Positions 18,957 to 28,774 of a stretch of 64,000 nt of DNA are shown here, piece by piece (position 1 is the first letter of the stretch; each line of letters starts with the position of its first letter). The translations under genes were made by a program, and so were the position numbers. Origin of the DNA: Pyrinomonadaceae bacterium (GTDB taxonomy: Bacteria > Acidobacteriota > Blastocatellia > Pyrinomonadales > Pyrinomonadaceae); the NCBI GenBank assembly GCA_035283645.1, contig DATETN010000037.1, positions 40,085 to 104,084 on the forward strand, in the 5' to 3' direction. The notes beneath the pieces are model-generated. The model worked only from the letters and a program-made list of their open reading frames with translations, was not told the DNA's origin and did not search any database.

Positions 18957-21017
18957 ATGCGACCGATCAAACATGTGGAGAAAGGCCTGACCAAATTCGC
19001 GGGCGGCGTACACGACATCCTTCAGGCTGTTAATAAATATAAGCCGAACCCGTCATTCACCCCGAAATGGTCAGAAAAGCCGCTACTCAAGTCATGGCAG
19101 AAGAGCAAGCCCACTTTGGGTTGGCCCCGAACCACTGACTCGCTCTGCCCAAACTGTGTCATTGAAGCCCGCGAAGAGATTCTATCCGGTAAGAAAGATG
19201 TCACCGTACTCGTGAATGAGAAAGTGGGCGAAATCAAGGCTCAGATCATCGAGCGCGACGGCCAGATTTGGATGGTGAAGGATTGCCCGATCCACGGTCA
19301 CTTCGAAGACATGATGGCCATCGACTCGAAGTTTCTGACGCACATAGAGAAGATGTTCCCGGGCCGCGACATCGAAGCACACAACGATGAGAAGCTACAC
19401 AACCATGGTTCCAGCACCGTGAAATATGGGCGCGGTGCAGTTCTCACGGTCGACCTGACCAACCGCTGCAACATGATGTGCGATCCATGCTTTATGGATG
19501 CGAACCAGGTGGGCTTCGTCCATGAATTGGGGATGGATGAGATTAGGGAGATCCTGGACAACGCCATCACTATTAAGCCTCGTCGACAGATGTCGGTTCA
19601 GTTCTCGGGCGGTGAGCCTTCCATCTCGCCATACTTCATAGAAGCGATCCGGTACGCTCGCAAAGTGGGCTACAACAGTGTGCAGGCGGCGACTAACGGT
19701 ATCGAATTCGCCAAGAGTAAGGAGTTCTGCCGCGAGGCTGCTGAAGCGGGACTGCGATACGTTTACTTGCAGTTTGATGGGATCGGCAACGATGCGAACA
19801 GCCACCGCCAGGTGGGTAACCTCTTCGATGTGAAGATGCGCGCAATTAACAACCTGCATGAAGCAGGTGTTGAGATCGTGCTGGTGACCACGCTGGTCAA
19901 CGGAATCAATAACGACCAGGTCGGTTCCATCATTCGGTTTGCATTAGACAATCCAAGAAAGATTGCGTTTCTTTCATTCCAGCCAGTCTCATTCACCGGT
20001 CGTGACGAAGAGATCACGGAGCAGCGTCGTCTCCAACAGCGCTATACGCTCTCGCATCTTGCTCACGACGTTAAAAACCAGGTCGGAATCACTGAACCGA
20101 CGCGTGATTGGTTTCCACTGTCGCTGATGGGCGCATTCGCTGATTTCGCGGACCTCGTACACGGGCCGGATGCCGATTGGGGTCAGGTGTCATGTGGATG
20201 CCATCCAAACTGCGGCGTTGGAACCGCGGTAATGGTGGACAAAGAGACGCGGGAAATGCGTCCAGTCCCCGAGTTTCTGAACATCCCTGGTCTGGTAAAA
20301 GACATGCAGAAGATCACGGATGCGGCAAGAGGGAAGTGGATTTCGAATCTTCTAATGGGTCTCGCTCTACTGAAGAATTACAACCCATACAAGTCGCCGA
20401 CAAACTTTACTCTGTATGAACTGTTTAAGAAGTTTGACAAGTCGTTCGGGCTCACGGGTAAAGATTATGGACGCGTGGACGGAGCTCGTACGAAGGAAGA
20501 CATCGCACGCCGGCGGTCCGACCGTTGGAACTTTCTTTTCATCGCCGGAATGTGGTTCCAGGATCTCTTCAACTATGATTTCCGCCGCACCGAAATGTGC
20601 ATTATCCCTTATGGGACGCAGGAAGGTGAGATCTCATTCTGCGCGTATAACACCGGAATCGGCTGGCGGAATATCATTGAGAACATGCACCAGAACGCTA
20701 CCGTGGCGAAATGGTATCAGGAGTACGGCCGTCACGAGGTCTTTGCCGGGGGCAAAGATGTACACCTGGCGGAGGCGGCGCATGAACTGGTCCTCAATCC
20801 AATTGACCTGAAGCGGCCAAACAAACCGCACATGGAAGGGCCAAAGACTGCGCATGAAGAAGCCGTAATGATGCGAAAGCTTTATCAGGAGATGGTGCTC
20901 AAGAAGCAGCTGAATACGACTGAGGCCGACAAGCCTGTGCAGATCAAGGGTCTTTCACGGAAGCCAGTGTCGCGTGATTCAGAGCCGGTGGAGGAGCGCG
21001 AAGCGGTCGCCGTATAG
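18957..21017 (+). CDS. large radical SAM protein of the MJ0619/GDGT-MAS (Tes)-like architecture
   Basis: N-terminal CPNC...CPIHGHFED metal site, CNMMCDPC (CX3CX2C) radical SAM motif, downstream CGCHPNCG and ISFCAYN Cys motifs. Confidence 0.85.
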   Translation: MRPIKHVEKGLTKFAGGVHDILQAVNKYKPNPSFTPKWSEKPLLKSWQKSKPTLGWPRTTDSLCPNCVIEAREEILSGKKDVTVLVNEKVGEIKAQIIERDGQIWMVKDCPIHGHFEDMMAIDSKFLTHIEKMFPGRDIEAHNDEKLHNHGSSTVKYGRGAVLTVDLTNRCNMMCDPCFMDANQVGFVHELGMDEIREILDNAITIKPRRQMSVQFSGGEPSISPYFIEAIRYARKVGYNSVQAATNGIEFAKSKEFCREAAEAGLRYVYLQFDGIGNDANSHRQVGNLFDVKMRAINNLHEAGVEIVLVTTLVNGINNDQVGSIIRFALDNPRKIAFLSFQPVSFTGRDEEITEQRRLQQRYTLSHLAHDVKNQVGITEPTRDWFPLSLMGAFADFADLVHGPDADWGQVSCGCHPNCGVGTAVMVDKETREMRPVPEFLNIPGLVKDMQKITDAARGKWISNLLMGLALLKNYNPYKSPTNFTLYELFKKFDKSFGLTGKDYGRVDGARTKEDIARRRSDRWNFLFIAGMWFQDLFNYDFRRTEMCIIPYGTQEGEISFCAYNTGIGWRNIIENMHQNATVAKWYQEYGRHEVFAGGKDVHLAEAAHELVLNPIDLKRPNKPHMEGPKTAHEEAVMMRKLYQEMVLKKQLNTTEADKPVQIKGLSRKPVSRDSEPVEEREAVAV

Positions 21018-21058
21018 AGTGGCTTACACAGGAGGAAGTCTGGGTTGATGCCACCCCG

Positions 21059-21091
21059 AACCCCGCGGATTTGAGTTCAATCCGCGGGGTT
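21059..21091 (+). terminator. intrinsic terminator-like hairpin after the radical SAM gene
   Basis: AACCCCGCGGATT-7 nt loop-AATCCGCGGGGTT, perfect 13-bp stem followed by CTTGCTC. Confidence 0.6.
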
Positions 21092-21101
21092 CTTGCTCAT
21101 T

Positions 21102-21299
21102 GGCCACAGATAGACGCAGATTAAACCGATTTGAATGAAAGCGGTGCCGATTGCCAATTGCCAAGTACTCGATACCTGCCGAACCTTGGCTTAGAGACCT
21201 GACAGAATCGACAATCGGCAATCGCAGAATCTCTACCATCCGTCCGAACCTTGGCTTAAAATTCGCAGAATCTCTACCATCCGTGTCATCTGTGGCCCC
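21102..21299. repeat. cluster of interspersed repeat modules
   Basis: GGCCACAGAT.. module, GCCGATTGCCAATTGCC module, direct repeats CCGAACCTTGGCTTA and CGCAGAATCTCTACCATCCGT (twice each), ATCTGTGGCCCC end. Confidence 0.7.
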
Positions 21300-21390
21300 A
21301 CATCGTCTTCTGAGCTTGACCGGCTATGTTGCTCACGTGTTAAATAGCCGATGCTGTAACGGCGGAAATTAATTTGAAAGTGGAGAAGGA

Positions 21391-21597
21391 ATGGCAATAG
21401 TCAACGTTAACCAGGGAGAATCGATCGAGAGCGCCTTGCGCCGCTTTAAGCGCAAAGTGATGACCGAAGAGATTATTAAGGACGCTAAGAAGCACGCGTT
21501 TTTCATCCCACCAGGACAGAAGGCGAAACTCAAGTCAGCACTTGCGCGGAAACGGAATAAGAAGAAGGGCCGGATGCGCACTGCTCCTAGAGATTAG
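21391..21597 (+). CDS. rpsU: 30S ribosomal protein S21
   Basis: MAIVNVNQGESIESALRRFKRKV...KKHAFF..PGQKAKLKSALARKR; GGAGAAGG RBS. Confidence 0.95.
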   Translation: MAIVNVNQGESIESALRRFKRKVMTEEIIKDAKKHAFFIPPGQKAKLKSALARKRNKKKGRMRTAPRD

Positions 21598-21716
21598 TCA
21601 ACTCCCAAACACTCCCCGCTGCGCCCGGAGCGTGCGCGCCTCTCACCATCGGCTACAGGTTTGGCATCGAAGCTCTGAGCGAGCGGAGAACAGCTGCTGT
21701 GTGAGTTCGTGGGACT

Positions 21717-22490
21717 ATGACGCGGATATTACTTACTAACGACGACGGTATTCACTCTCGCGGCCTGGTCAAATTGGAGGAGGCCTTGCGCGAAGTGGGA
21801 GACGTCTACGTAGTAGCCCCAGCGTCTGAAATGAGTGGCGCGTCGCACAGTCTGACGTTGGCCCGCCCCCTCCGCATCCGTCAGGTCGACGAACGGCACT
21901 GGACGGTCGACGGCACTCCAACTGACTGCGTGACGCTCGCTCTGAACAAGATCATCCCCGAAGAAGAACGTCCCCACATCTGTGCTTCAGGAATCAACCA
22001 TGGCGGTAACCTGGGTGACGATGCGACGTATTCAGGCACCGTCGCCGGAGCATTAGAGGCGACGATCCTGGGTGTACCCGGAATTGCATTTAGTCTGGTC
22101 GCGAGAGAGCAGTTTGACTTCAGTGAAGCCGCGAAGTTTGCAATCACTGCCGTGCGGAAAGTCCTGTCTGAGGGGCTACCCGACGGGACGCTTCTAAACG
22201 TCAACATCCCTCCTGGCCCGATCAAGGGCGTGAAAGTAACGCGTCAAGGAATCAAAAACGCACGGCCGGTTATCTCGGAGCATATTGATCCCAGAAACAA
22301 GCCATACTTCTGGATTGGAGAAGAGTACTTCAACACCAACTCAGCTGATGGTACGGACTATCATGCGATCGACCTGGGATATATATCGGTCACGCCACTG
22401 AAAAGCGACATGACAGATCACCGGGCATTAACGGCGATCGAAGCCTGGAACTACCTAACCCCTGACGAAGAACTGCATAAGGTGGGCTAG
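21717..22490 (+). CDS. surE: 5'/3'-nucleotidase SurE
   Basis: MTRILLTNDDGIHSRGL, SGINHGGNLGDDATYSGTVAGALEA. Confidence 0.95.
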   Translation: MTRILLTNDDGIHSRGLVKLEEALREVGDVYVVAPASEMSGASHSLTLARPLRIRQVDERHWTVDGTPTDCVTLALNKIIPEEERPHICASGINHGGNLGDDATYSGTVAGALEATILGVPGIAFSLVAREQFDFSEAAKFAITAVRKVLSEGLPDGTLLNVNIPPGPIKGVKVTRQGIKNARPVISEHIDPRNKPYFWIGEEYFNTNSADGTDYHAIDLGYISVTPLKSDMTDHRALTAIEAWNYLTPDEELHKVG

Positions 22491-22606
22491 GCCACAGATG
22501 TGGGCTAAGCCACAGATATAACGGGTTAAGAAGGATCTGAAAAATTCAGATCCCGACGGCGACAATGGAGTTTTTCAGATCCGTTTCATCTGTGTTATCT
22601 GTGGCT
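22491..22606. repeat. imperfect long inverted repeat of CCACAGAT/GGATCTGAAAA modules between surE and pcm
   Basis: AGCCACAGATATAAC...GGATCTGAAAAATTCAGATCC...GTTATCTGTGGCT. Confidence 0.7.
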
Positions 22607-22627
22607 CCAATAGTCTAGAATCACTCC

Positions 22628-23299
22628 GTGCAACAACTGAGTAAGCCGACTTCTGAGTACACGATACCTCGCGATCGCATGGTTGCCCGACTGCGCGATC
22701 ACTATGGCATTCGCAGTGAACGGGTACTCGAAGCCATGCGCAGCGTCCCCAGACATGCCTTTGTTTCTGAAGCGCTTCAGAGTCGTGCCTACGGCGATCA
22801 CGCGCTTCCGATCAGCGCAAACCAAACGATATCGCAGCCCTTCATCGTTGCTCGAATGACAGAGTTGCTGGAGCTGACAAAAGACAGCCGAGTCCTCGAG
22901 ATCGGCGCCGGCTCTGGATACCAGACTGCGGTACTCGCGGCGCTGGCCGGGCAGGTATATGCCATTGAACGCATAGCGGACCTGGCGCGAGAAGCACAAG
23001 CTAGAATCCGCCAACTCGGAATCTATAACGCGACGGTGAAATGTTTTGATGGCACACTTGGATGGGCCGCGCACTCGCCCTACGACGGTATTCTTGTGGC
23101 CGCCGGTGGTCCAACTATTCCGGATCCGCTGGTGGCCCAACTAAAGATCGGCGGGCGGTTGGTTGTACCTGTTGGTGAATCAAGAGAGTCTCAGCGTTTG
23201 ATACTGGTGAAGAAGACAGAAAAGGGAACCAAGGTCGAAGATCATGGTGCCTGCGCGTTTGTCCCATTAATCGGCCATCATGGCTGGTCTGCCCAATAG
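22628..23299 (+). CDS. pcm: protein-L-isoaspartate O-methyltransferase
   Basis: TISQPFIVARMTELLEL, SAM motif VLEIGAGSGYQTAVLA; conserved surE-pcm linkage. Confidence 0.95.
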   Translation: MQQLSKPTSEYTIPRDRMVARLRDHYGIRSERVLEAMRSVPRHAFVSEALQSRAYGDHALPISANQTISQPFIVARMTELLELTKDSRVLEIGAGSGYQTAVLAALAGQVYAIERIADLAREAQARIRQLGIYNATVKCFDGTLGWAAHSPYDGILVAAGGPTIPDPLVAQLKIGGRLVVPVGESRESQRLILVKKTEKGTKVEDHGACAFVPLIGHHGWSAQ

Positions 23300-23329
23300 A
23301 GTATCTTTTCGGTAAATCGTTTTTAGCTT

Positions 23330-24055
23330 ATGGAATGGATAACTGAACTTTTTCATACCCTCAAGGAATACCTTAATCCGAAGATCATCATTGAAACGCT
23401 GCTTGCCAAGGGCGGCATCTTTGTTTATGTGGGATTGGTGTTCATAGTCTTTGCCGAGACTGGGCTGGCGGTGGGTTTCTTCTTGCCGGGCGATTCGCTC
23501 TTGGTGGTCGCGGGGCTTTTTGCTGCGACCGGAAAGCTGAATGTGGCGGTACTGCTTGTGGCGTTATTCGTTGCCGCGGTAGTGGGAGACGCAGTGGGTT
23601 ACTTCACAGGGGCTAAGATGGGCCCGCGGCTTTTCCGACGGCAAAAGTCGCTGTTCTTTCGACCCAGCCATTTACAAAGAGCGCATGACTTTTACGAGAA
23701 GTACGGCGGCAAGACCATCATCATCGCGCGCTTTGTTCCAATTGTGCGGACGTTCGCCCCAATCGTTGCGGGTGCTGCGCAGATGCCCTACCGAAAATTT
23801 GTGGTGTTCAATGTGGCGGGTGGCTTTCTTTGGGTCTTCAGCATGATTTTGGCGGGTTATTATCTGGGCACCCTGTTGCGGGACAAGCTGGGGATCAATC
23901 TGGATGAGCACATCGAGTGGGTGGTAATCATTGTTGTTGCGCTTTCGCTTACGCCACCGGTTTTCGAGTACCTGAAGTCGCGCCGAGAGAAAAAGAGACG
24001 TCAGAGATTAGAGGTTGCAAGTCAGACGTCCGAAGTCGCTGATTCAGAGGTTTGA
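23330..24055 (+). CDS. DedA/VTT-family membrane protein
   Basis: FAETGLAVGFFLPGDSLLVVAG ... YGGKTIIIARFVPIVRTFAPIVAG. Confidence 0.85.
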   Translation: MEWITELFHTLKEYLNPKIIIETLLAKGGIFVYVGLVFIVFAETGLAVGFFLPGDSLLVVAGLFAATGKLNVAVLLVALFVAAVVGDAVGYFTGAKMGPRLFRRQKSLFFRPSHLQRAHDFYEKYGGKTIIIARFVPIVRTFAPIVAGAAQMPYRKFVVFNVAGGFLWVFSMILAGYYLGTLLRDKLGINLDEHIEWVVIIVVALSLTPPVFEYLKSRREKKRRQRLEVASQTSEVADSEV

Positions 24056-24058
24056 GGT

Positions 24059-25552
24059 TCACCTGCCAAAACTTCCTGTATCTCTGGTTCCGAGTGGCGT
24101 CGTCAGCGGCACTATCCAGCGTGCGGGCAACAAACTTATATGTTCTTTAGCCAAGTCAACGTTGGGATCGATTAGCAACTGCGGTTGGCGGCCGTTAAGA
24201 GAAACCATTACGCGAGCTCGCACTTCAACATTATCGTAACCTTCACGCCTCTTCTCTTCGGCAAGATAATGAGAGAAGAGGAGGATCAGGTCCGGCTTCG
24301 TAGTCATCTTCATCACCTGATGAGATTTTAGATAGTCTTCCGGCTTGATTATCCAGGTTTGTCCGCTTTGGGGATGTGTAACAGTAAAGGCTGCCTTGCC
24401 ATCCTTTGTTCGCAACTTCATATGCCACGCAAAATTATGGCCTTCTTCGGTCCAACTTACGTTGCCCGGATAGAGGTAATGGCGAAGCGGGAAAAAAAGC
24501 TGGACAGCAAGGTAGGCTGCCAACAGTCCAGCAACTAGCTTTTGCGAGGCGAATAAGGACGGGCAACTGCTTCTTTCCGCAATTCTCTCAGGTCTGACGG
24601 AAGCTTGCGACGGCTCCGCGTCGTCAAACGCCTCTCCTGGTGACATAAACGCTCGGGCGAAGCGTCGCAGGAGATCAGGCGAAAAGAAAATCAAGAGAGC
24701 GCCCAGCATCAACCACGGAAAGATGCCGATATCGAATATCACGGCGTTGATAAGATTGAATATAACTGCGGCTGCGAATGCGAAGAGCCGCGTGCGTCGC
24801 CACAGGAGCAGCGGCACCACAAGCAGGTCGAGCATCAACCCGCCGATCACGAAGCTGTAAATTATCCAGTCGGCCGCAAAGAAAGAGCCCCCTGGCACTT
24901 TGGTCAAAGGACGTAACCAGGTGCGCATTGGCTCGCCGCCATGTATCCAATCGCTGTTAAGTTTGGCAATTCCGCCGTAAAAATATGGTATGCCGACCTG
25001 GGCTCGTAGCAACCACAGCGTCCACGCCGGAACTACGGCTGTGCGGATTTTCCGACGCAGCGATGCATCAACGGAAAAAGCCCGTTCCGCCGGAAGGAAA
25101 CACATCAGAAAACTGATCAGGCACACCAAATAGAAGTGATTCAGATAGCGCGTTTGGTCCAGCAGGAAAGAGTATGTGAAGGCAAGAAAAAAGACAGGCG
25201 CGGCAATGCGGTAAACGAGTCCCACCATCACACAAGCAGCTGCCAGACCGAGCACAAAAAAGTGAATGTACATCCCGCGCCCCGGCCAGGGCTTCACCCA
25301 ACTAAACCCGTAGTAGGTAAAATTGACAGCAGATTCAACGAAGTAACGACTGATCCAGCCGTAGGTGAAGTAGCGATAAACTTCCCATAGCATGACTCCG
25401 CCGAAGAGGATGCGGAAGAACACCAGGAATGAGATATCGACTGGTTTGAAGAGGGCTGCGCATATCCGTTGCAAGAAATTTGCTTTCGCGCCGCTGGAAG
25501 CCTCCACAAGCGACGCAGCAATCTGCACTTCTTGTGTTGGAGCGGTTTGCAT
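24059..25552 (-). CDS. HTTM domain protein (vitamin K-dependent gamma-carboxylase-like fold)
   Basis: VDISFLVFFRILFGGVMLWEVYRYF..GWISRYF..FTYYGFSWVKPWPG; multi-TM N-half and soluble C-domain. Confidence 0.85.
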   Translation of the reverse strand: MQTAPTQEVQIAASLVEASSGAKANFLQRICAALFKPVDISFLVFFRILFGGVMLWEVYRYFTYGWISRYFVESAVNFTYYGFSWVKPWPGRGMYIHFFVLGLAAACVMVGLVYRIAAPVFFLAFTYSFLLDQTRYLNHFYLVCLISFLMCFLPAERAFSVDASLRRKIRTAVVPAWTLWLLRAQVGIPYFYGGIAKLNSDWIHGGEPMRTWLRPLTKVPGGSFFAADWIIYSFVIGGLMLDLLVVPLLLWRRTRLFAFAAAVIFNLINAVIFDIGIFPWLMLGALLIFFSPDLLRRFARAFMSPGEAFDDAEPSQASVRPERIAERSSCPSLFASQKLVAGLLAAYLAVQLFFPLRHYLYPGNVSWTEEGHNFAWHMKLRTKDGKAAFTVTHPQSGQTWIIKPEDYLKSHQVMKMTTKPDLILLFSHYLAEEKRREGYDNVEVRARVMVSLNGRQPQLLIDPNVDLAKEHISLLPARWIVPLTTPLGTRDTGSFGR

Positions 25553-25800
25553 TTCTTATCTTAGTTTCTGCGTCGTCTACCTCAGGAAGACGACAGCTGA
25601 GCGGCAAGAGTACACATAGCGGTTGGGTTTTAATGGCGGCGAATACCTGGTGGGCGCCAAGTCCATCGAGCCGCGCCAAACCCTAACATTCGATATCCGT
25701 GAACTGCGCGACAAGCAGGTGCCGGACGACATCGCAGCCAAACCCATTCCGGATCAGCCTACTCTTCTCTACATTTCATCCACGGTAATCAGTGGCCGCT

Positions 25801-26028
25801 CTACCAACGCAACTGAAACTCTAATTCATCACCACCAGCCGTGCGCTCGTGTTCGACACTAAAGCTCGCCTTCGCCGGGATGTAGAGTCGTTCTCCGGCG
25901 ACCTTAATTTCGAAGGCTTTCTCTGATTCGAGGGCATCCGCGAGCCGTCGCAGCTTAGCCACAAATTCGCTCACCGAATAGACCCTCTCTATATCCCGAT
26001 GGGGTTGGTCAGACGCTTGATTAGCCAT
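25801..26028 (-). CDS. amphi-Trp domain protein (75 aa)
   Basis: ...SVSEFVAKLRRLADALESEKAFEIKVAGERLYIP...GDELEFQLRW; AGGAG RBS upstream of the ATG at 26028; the track ORF's longer N-terminus is not used. Confidence 0.65.
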   Translation of the reverse strand: MANQASDQPHRDIERVYSVSEFVAKLRRLADALESEKAFEIKVAGERLYIPAKASFSVEHERTAGGDELEFQLRW

Positions 26029-26260
26029 AAGAACAAAAAGCTCCTTAGAGGTTAAAAACAAGAGGTCAAGCGTCAAAAACGTTGCAGCAATCCCGAACTG
26101 AGGAATGACGATTGACCATGGGTTCTCTCTGCGATTGCCCAATGACCATTAACCTTACCATCGATCGAAGTAACCCCTGAAGGGCGCTCAAAGTGATCAA
26201 TAGCCCTTCAGATCCGTCCCATCCGATTTATCTGTGGCTGATGGTTTCGAAGTCGCTGCT

Positions 26261-26289
26261 TTGACACATCGGGTTCGCTCACCTATTAT
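26261..26289 (+). promoter_or_regulatory. sigma70-type promoter for tRNA-Pro
   Basis: TTGACA (26261-26266), 17-nt spacer, TATTAT (26284-26289); the -10 ends 12 nt before the tRNA 5' end. Confidence 0.6.
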
Positions 26290-26301
26290 CGCCTTCGTTG
26301 T

Positions 26302-26378
<77 letters not shown>

Positions 26379-26453
26379 GAAACGTTAAGGAAAAAGGCCG
26401 CCTGTTACGGTGGCCTTAGTCGTTTGTGCCGTTTTTTGTGCCGTTTGGTCTGG

Positions 26454-26714
26454 TTAGTTCACTAATTCAACTGTTGGCGGGGAAGGTTGGCGCATGAAGC
26501 ACGGTTCAAGGGCGGCAGCGGCGGAGTTTAATGCTTGTCGCCGAACGTGTGAGTAGTGACGCATCATTGCCGGGTCTATATGGCCGACTTGCGCCATGAT
26601 AACGGCGTCTGGCAATCGAGCCTCTGCCCTCGTGGTCACTGCGCAATGCCTCATGTCATGAAACCTCACGTCCTCAAGGTTCGGATAGATTACCTCGCCT
26701 TCATCGGAACGAGT
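26454..26714 (-). pseudogene. 3' fragment of a tyrosine recombinase/integrase
   Basis: ...LEDVRFHDMRHCAVT...MAQVGHIDPAMMRHYSHV carries only the C-terminal catalytic H-x-x-R / H / Y region; the frame closes at a TAA near 26717. Confidence 0.8.
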
Positions 26715-26976
26715 TTATGGTTACCGCCCGCTGCTTTTGGAGACGCTGGTCGACGATCAGTTTCTCGGCACTAGTTACCAAGCCGCCAACTGGACCTATC
26801 TGGGCGAGACGCGCGGACGTGGTCGGATGGACCAGCACCACGAGGCTCACGAGCGCTCGGTGAAACGGATTTACGTTTACCCTCTCTGTCGCGACGCGCA
26901 GCGGGGGCTCGCACAAGACCTCGCGCCGCGTGTGATGCATACCGTCGCGTTTCTGAGTATTATTGAGCACTTTTGA
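26713..26976 (+). pseudogene. C-terminal fragment of a DUF4338-like protein
   Basis: YGYRPLLLETLVDDQFLGTSYQAANWTYLGETRGRGRMD...KRIYVYPL matches the recalled DUF4338 C-terminal motif; no N-terminal part is present. Confidence 0.55.
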
Positions 26977-27075
26977 TAGCTACTTAGGATGTTGGATTGC
27001 TTTCTTTGGACACCGCTCGCGGACCTCTTAGGAACCAGATTGACTGTCCGGTTCGTTCTAGCCACTGAAAACTCA

Positions 27076-28137
27076 ATGAAGCAAAAACATTTATTACCAC
27101 TGGCAGTGCTTCTTGGCCTGCTTATCCTGTCGCTGTCAGTGACTGCCGTCGCTCAGCGGAAGCCCGAGGCGCCCGTGCATGCAGCGCCAGGCAGATTGGT
27201 TGATGTAGGCGGCTACCGCCTGCACCTCAATTGCACGGGCAACACAGGTCCGACGGTTGTGCTAATCGCAGGTGCCGGCGATTTCTCGTTCGATTGGGGA
27301 TTGGTGCAACCGGACGTAGCTCGCTTCGCGCGCGTGTGCAGCTATGATCGCGCTGGGTTTGCCTGGAGCGATCCGGGTCCTACGCCGAATACTATGCGGC
27401 AGGAGGCTTATGAACTGCACGCGCTTTTGCGGGCCGCTGTCATCAAAGGTCCATATGTACTGGTTGGACATTCTATCGGCGGACTGATTGCGCGAGTCTA
27501 TGCTGAGCAGTATCCGAAAGAGATTAGCGGGATGGTGCTGGTAGATGCCACGCACGAGGACACGACACTAATGTATCAGGGCAAGCTCGTTCGAGTGCGC
27601 GACGGCGCTAAAGGGAGACCCGTGCAAGCGTCACAAACGATGCAGAGCAGTCCGCCCAAACCGCCAACCAAAGAAGACATCGAGCAATTTCAGTTCAATC
27701 AACAAACATTTGGCGCTCCTAAGATCTCACCACCATTCGACAGACTACACCCCTCCGCTCAGGCGATGCGCCTCTGGTTTCTGTCACAACCACCACGCGC
27801 CGCTGCAGGTGTGGACCTTTGGGCGGAAGAACTGCAACTAATGTATGCGGCTCGAGCTAGGACTCCCTATCAGTTAGGCAACATACCGCTGGTGGTGCTG
27901 TTGCCGAAGCCGGAATACGGGAATCCGCCGCGTGGCGTTTCTATCGACGAGTGGAAGCGGATCAACGATGAGAAGCGTCAGCAGAAGATCGGGTTTACCA
28001 ATCTCTCACATAACAGCAAGCTAATCGTCGCAGGGAAGAGCGGGCACCACATTCAACTCGATGAACCACAGGTCGTAACCGATGCAGTCCGGCTCGTCGT
28101 GGGCGCGGCGAGGCGTCGTACCAGACTCGCGCCTTAA
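27076..28137 (+). CDS. secreted alpha/beta hydrolase
   Basis: Signal peptide from the ATG at 27076; nucleophile elbow GHSIGG; VLIAGAGD. Confidence 0.85.
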   Translation: MKQKHLLPLAVLLGLLILSLSVTAVAQRKPEAPVHAAPGRLVDVGGYRLHLNCTGNTGPTVVLIAGAGDFSFDWGLVQPDVARFARVCSYDRAGFAWSDPGPTPNTMRQEAYELHALLRAAVIKGPYVLVGHSIGGLIARVYAEQYPKEISGMVLVDATHEDTTLMYQGKLVRVRDGAKGRPVQASQTMQSSPPKPPTKEDIEQFQFNQQTFGAPKISPPFDRLHPSAQAMRLWFLSQPPRAAAGVDLWAEELQLMYAARARTPYQLGNIPLVVLLPKPEYGNPPRGVSIDEWKRINDEKRQQKIGFTNLSHNSKLIVAGKSGHHIQLDEPQVVTDAVRLVVGAARRRTRLAP

Positions 28138-28774
28138 ACCCCGGACGCGCGAAAAACCAGAAACAGCGCGGAACACCAAAAAAGATCAAGTGTGCAAAAA
28201 AGTGTGCCGTTTGTGATGGTCCATTGCATTAAATTAAATCGCATAGGATGTCATGAGGTAACACGGAAGCGATCGAATGGACCACCGGAACCCCGAGTAA
28301 AAAAGGCGTTATGTGATGGTTTATGGGTCGTTAGATCCGGGAAACTCCGGCGCGGTTCGGCAGGGGCGGAACTCAACTTCACAGTGGTCACCCAGCTTTA
28401 TTCCGCGCCTCCGAACCGCGCTTGTCCCTATTTGATCTGGCAGCTATATACATCTCACTCCTACGGGAGTGAAGACCCCATGATTGGTGTCGACTCGTCG
28501 TTCCGGATATGTTGAATCAAGAATGCGGCTTGTCGAAGAATGAACGCTCTCGCCATCGATTGGGCACCGAGTTGCCGATCTTGCTGTCCCAAGTAGCGCA
28601 ATCCGAAATGAGAAAACTCTTACCAACAACCCAGTCTCTTGTTGTGCTTACCGTGGCGACTCTTCCATCTCGTTTAACTCGGTCGTCTCTGAGTCACGTG
28701 ACCGCCACTGAGAAACCGACCCAAGTGAAAGGCGCCTTGTGAAACAGCAGTTGTCGATTAAACAGCAGTTGTCG

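Noticed and set aside
25623-25862. 79-aa ORF upstream of the HTTM gene
   Set aside because: The first ~45 residues look protein-like, but the frame opens right after a stop with only a TTG start, and its end overlaps the amphi-Trp gene. It is treated as a probable 5'-truncated remnant and not called as a gene.
28192-28629. ORFs 28192..28515 (+) and 28444..28629 (-) between the hydrolase and the ABC pseudogene
   Set aside because: There are no motifs, no RBS and the two overlap. This is likely decayed intergenic sequence of the island.
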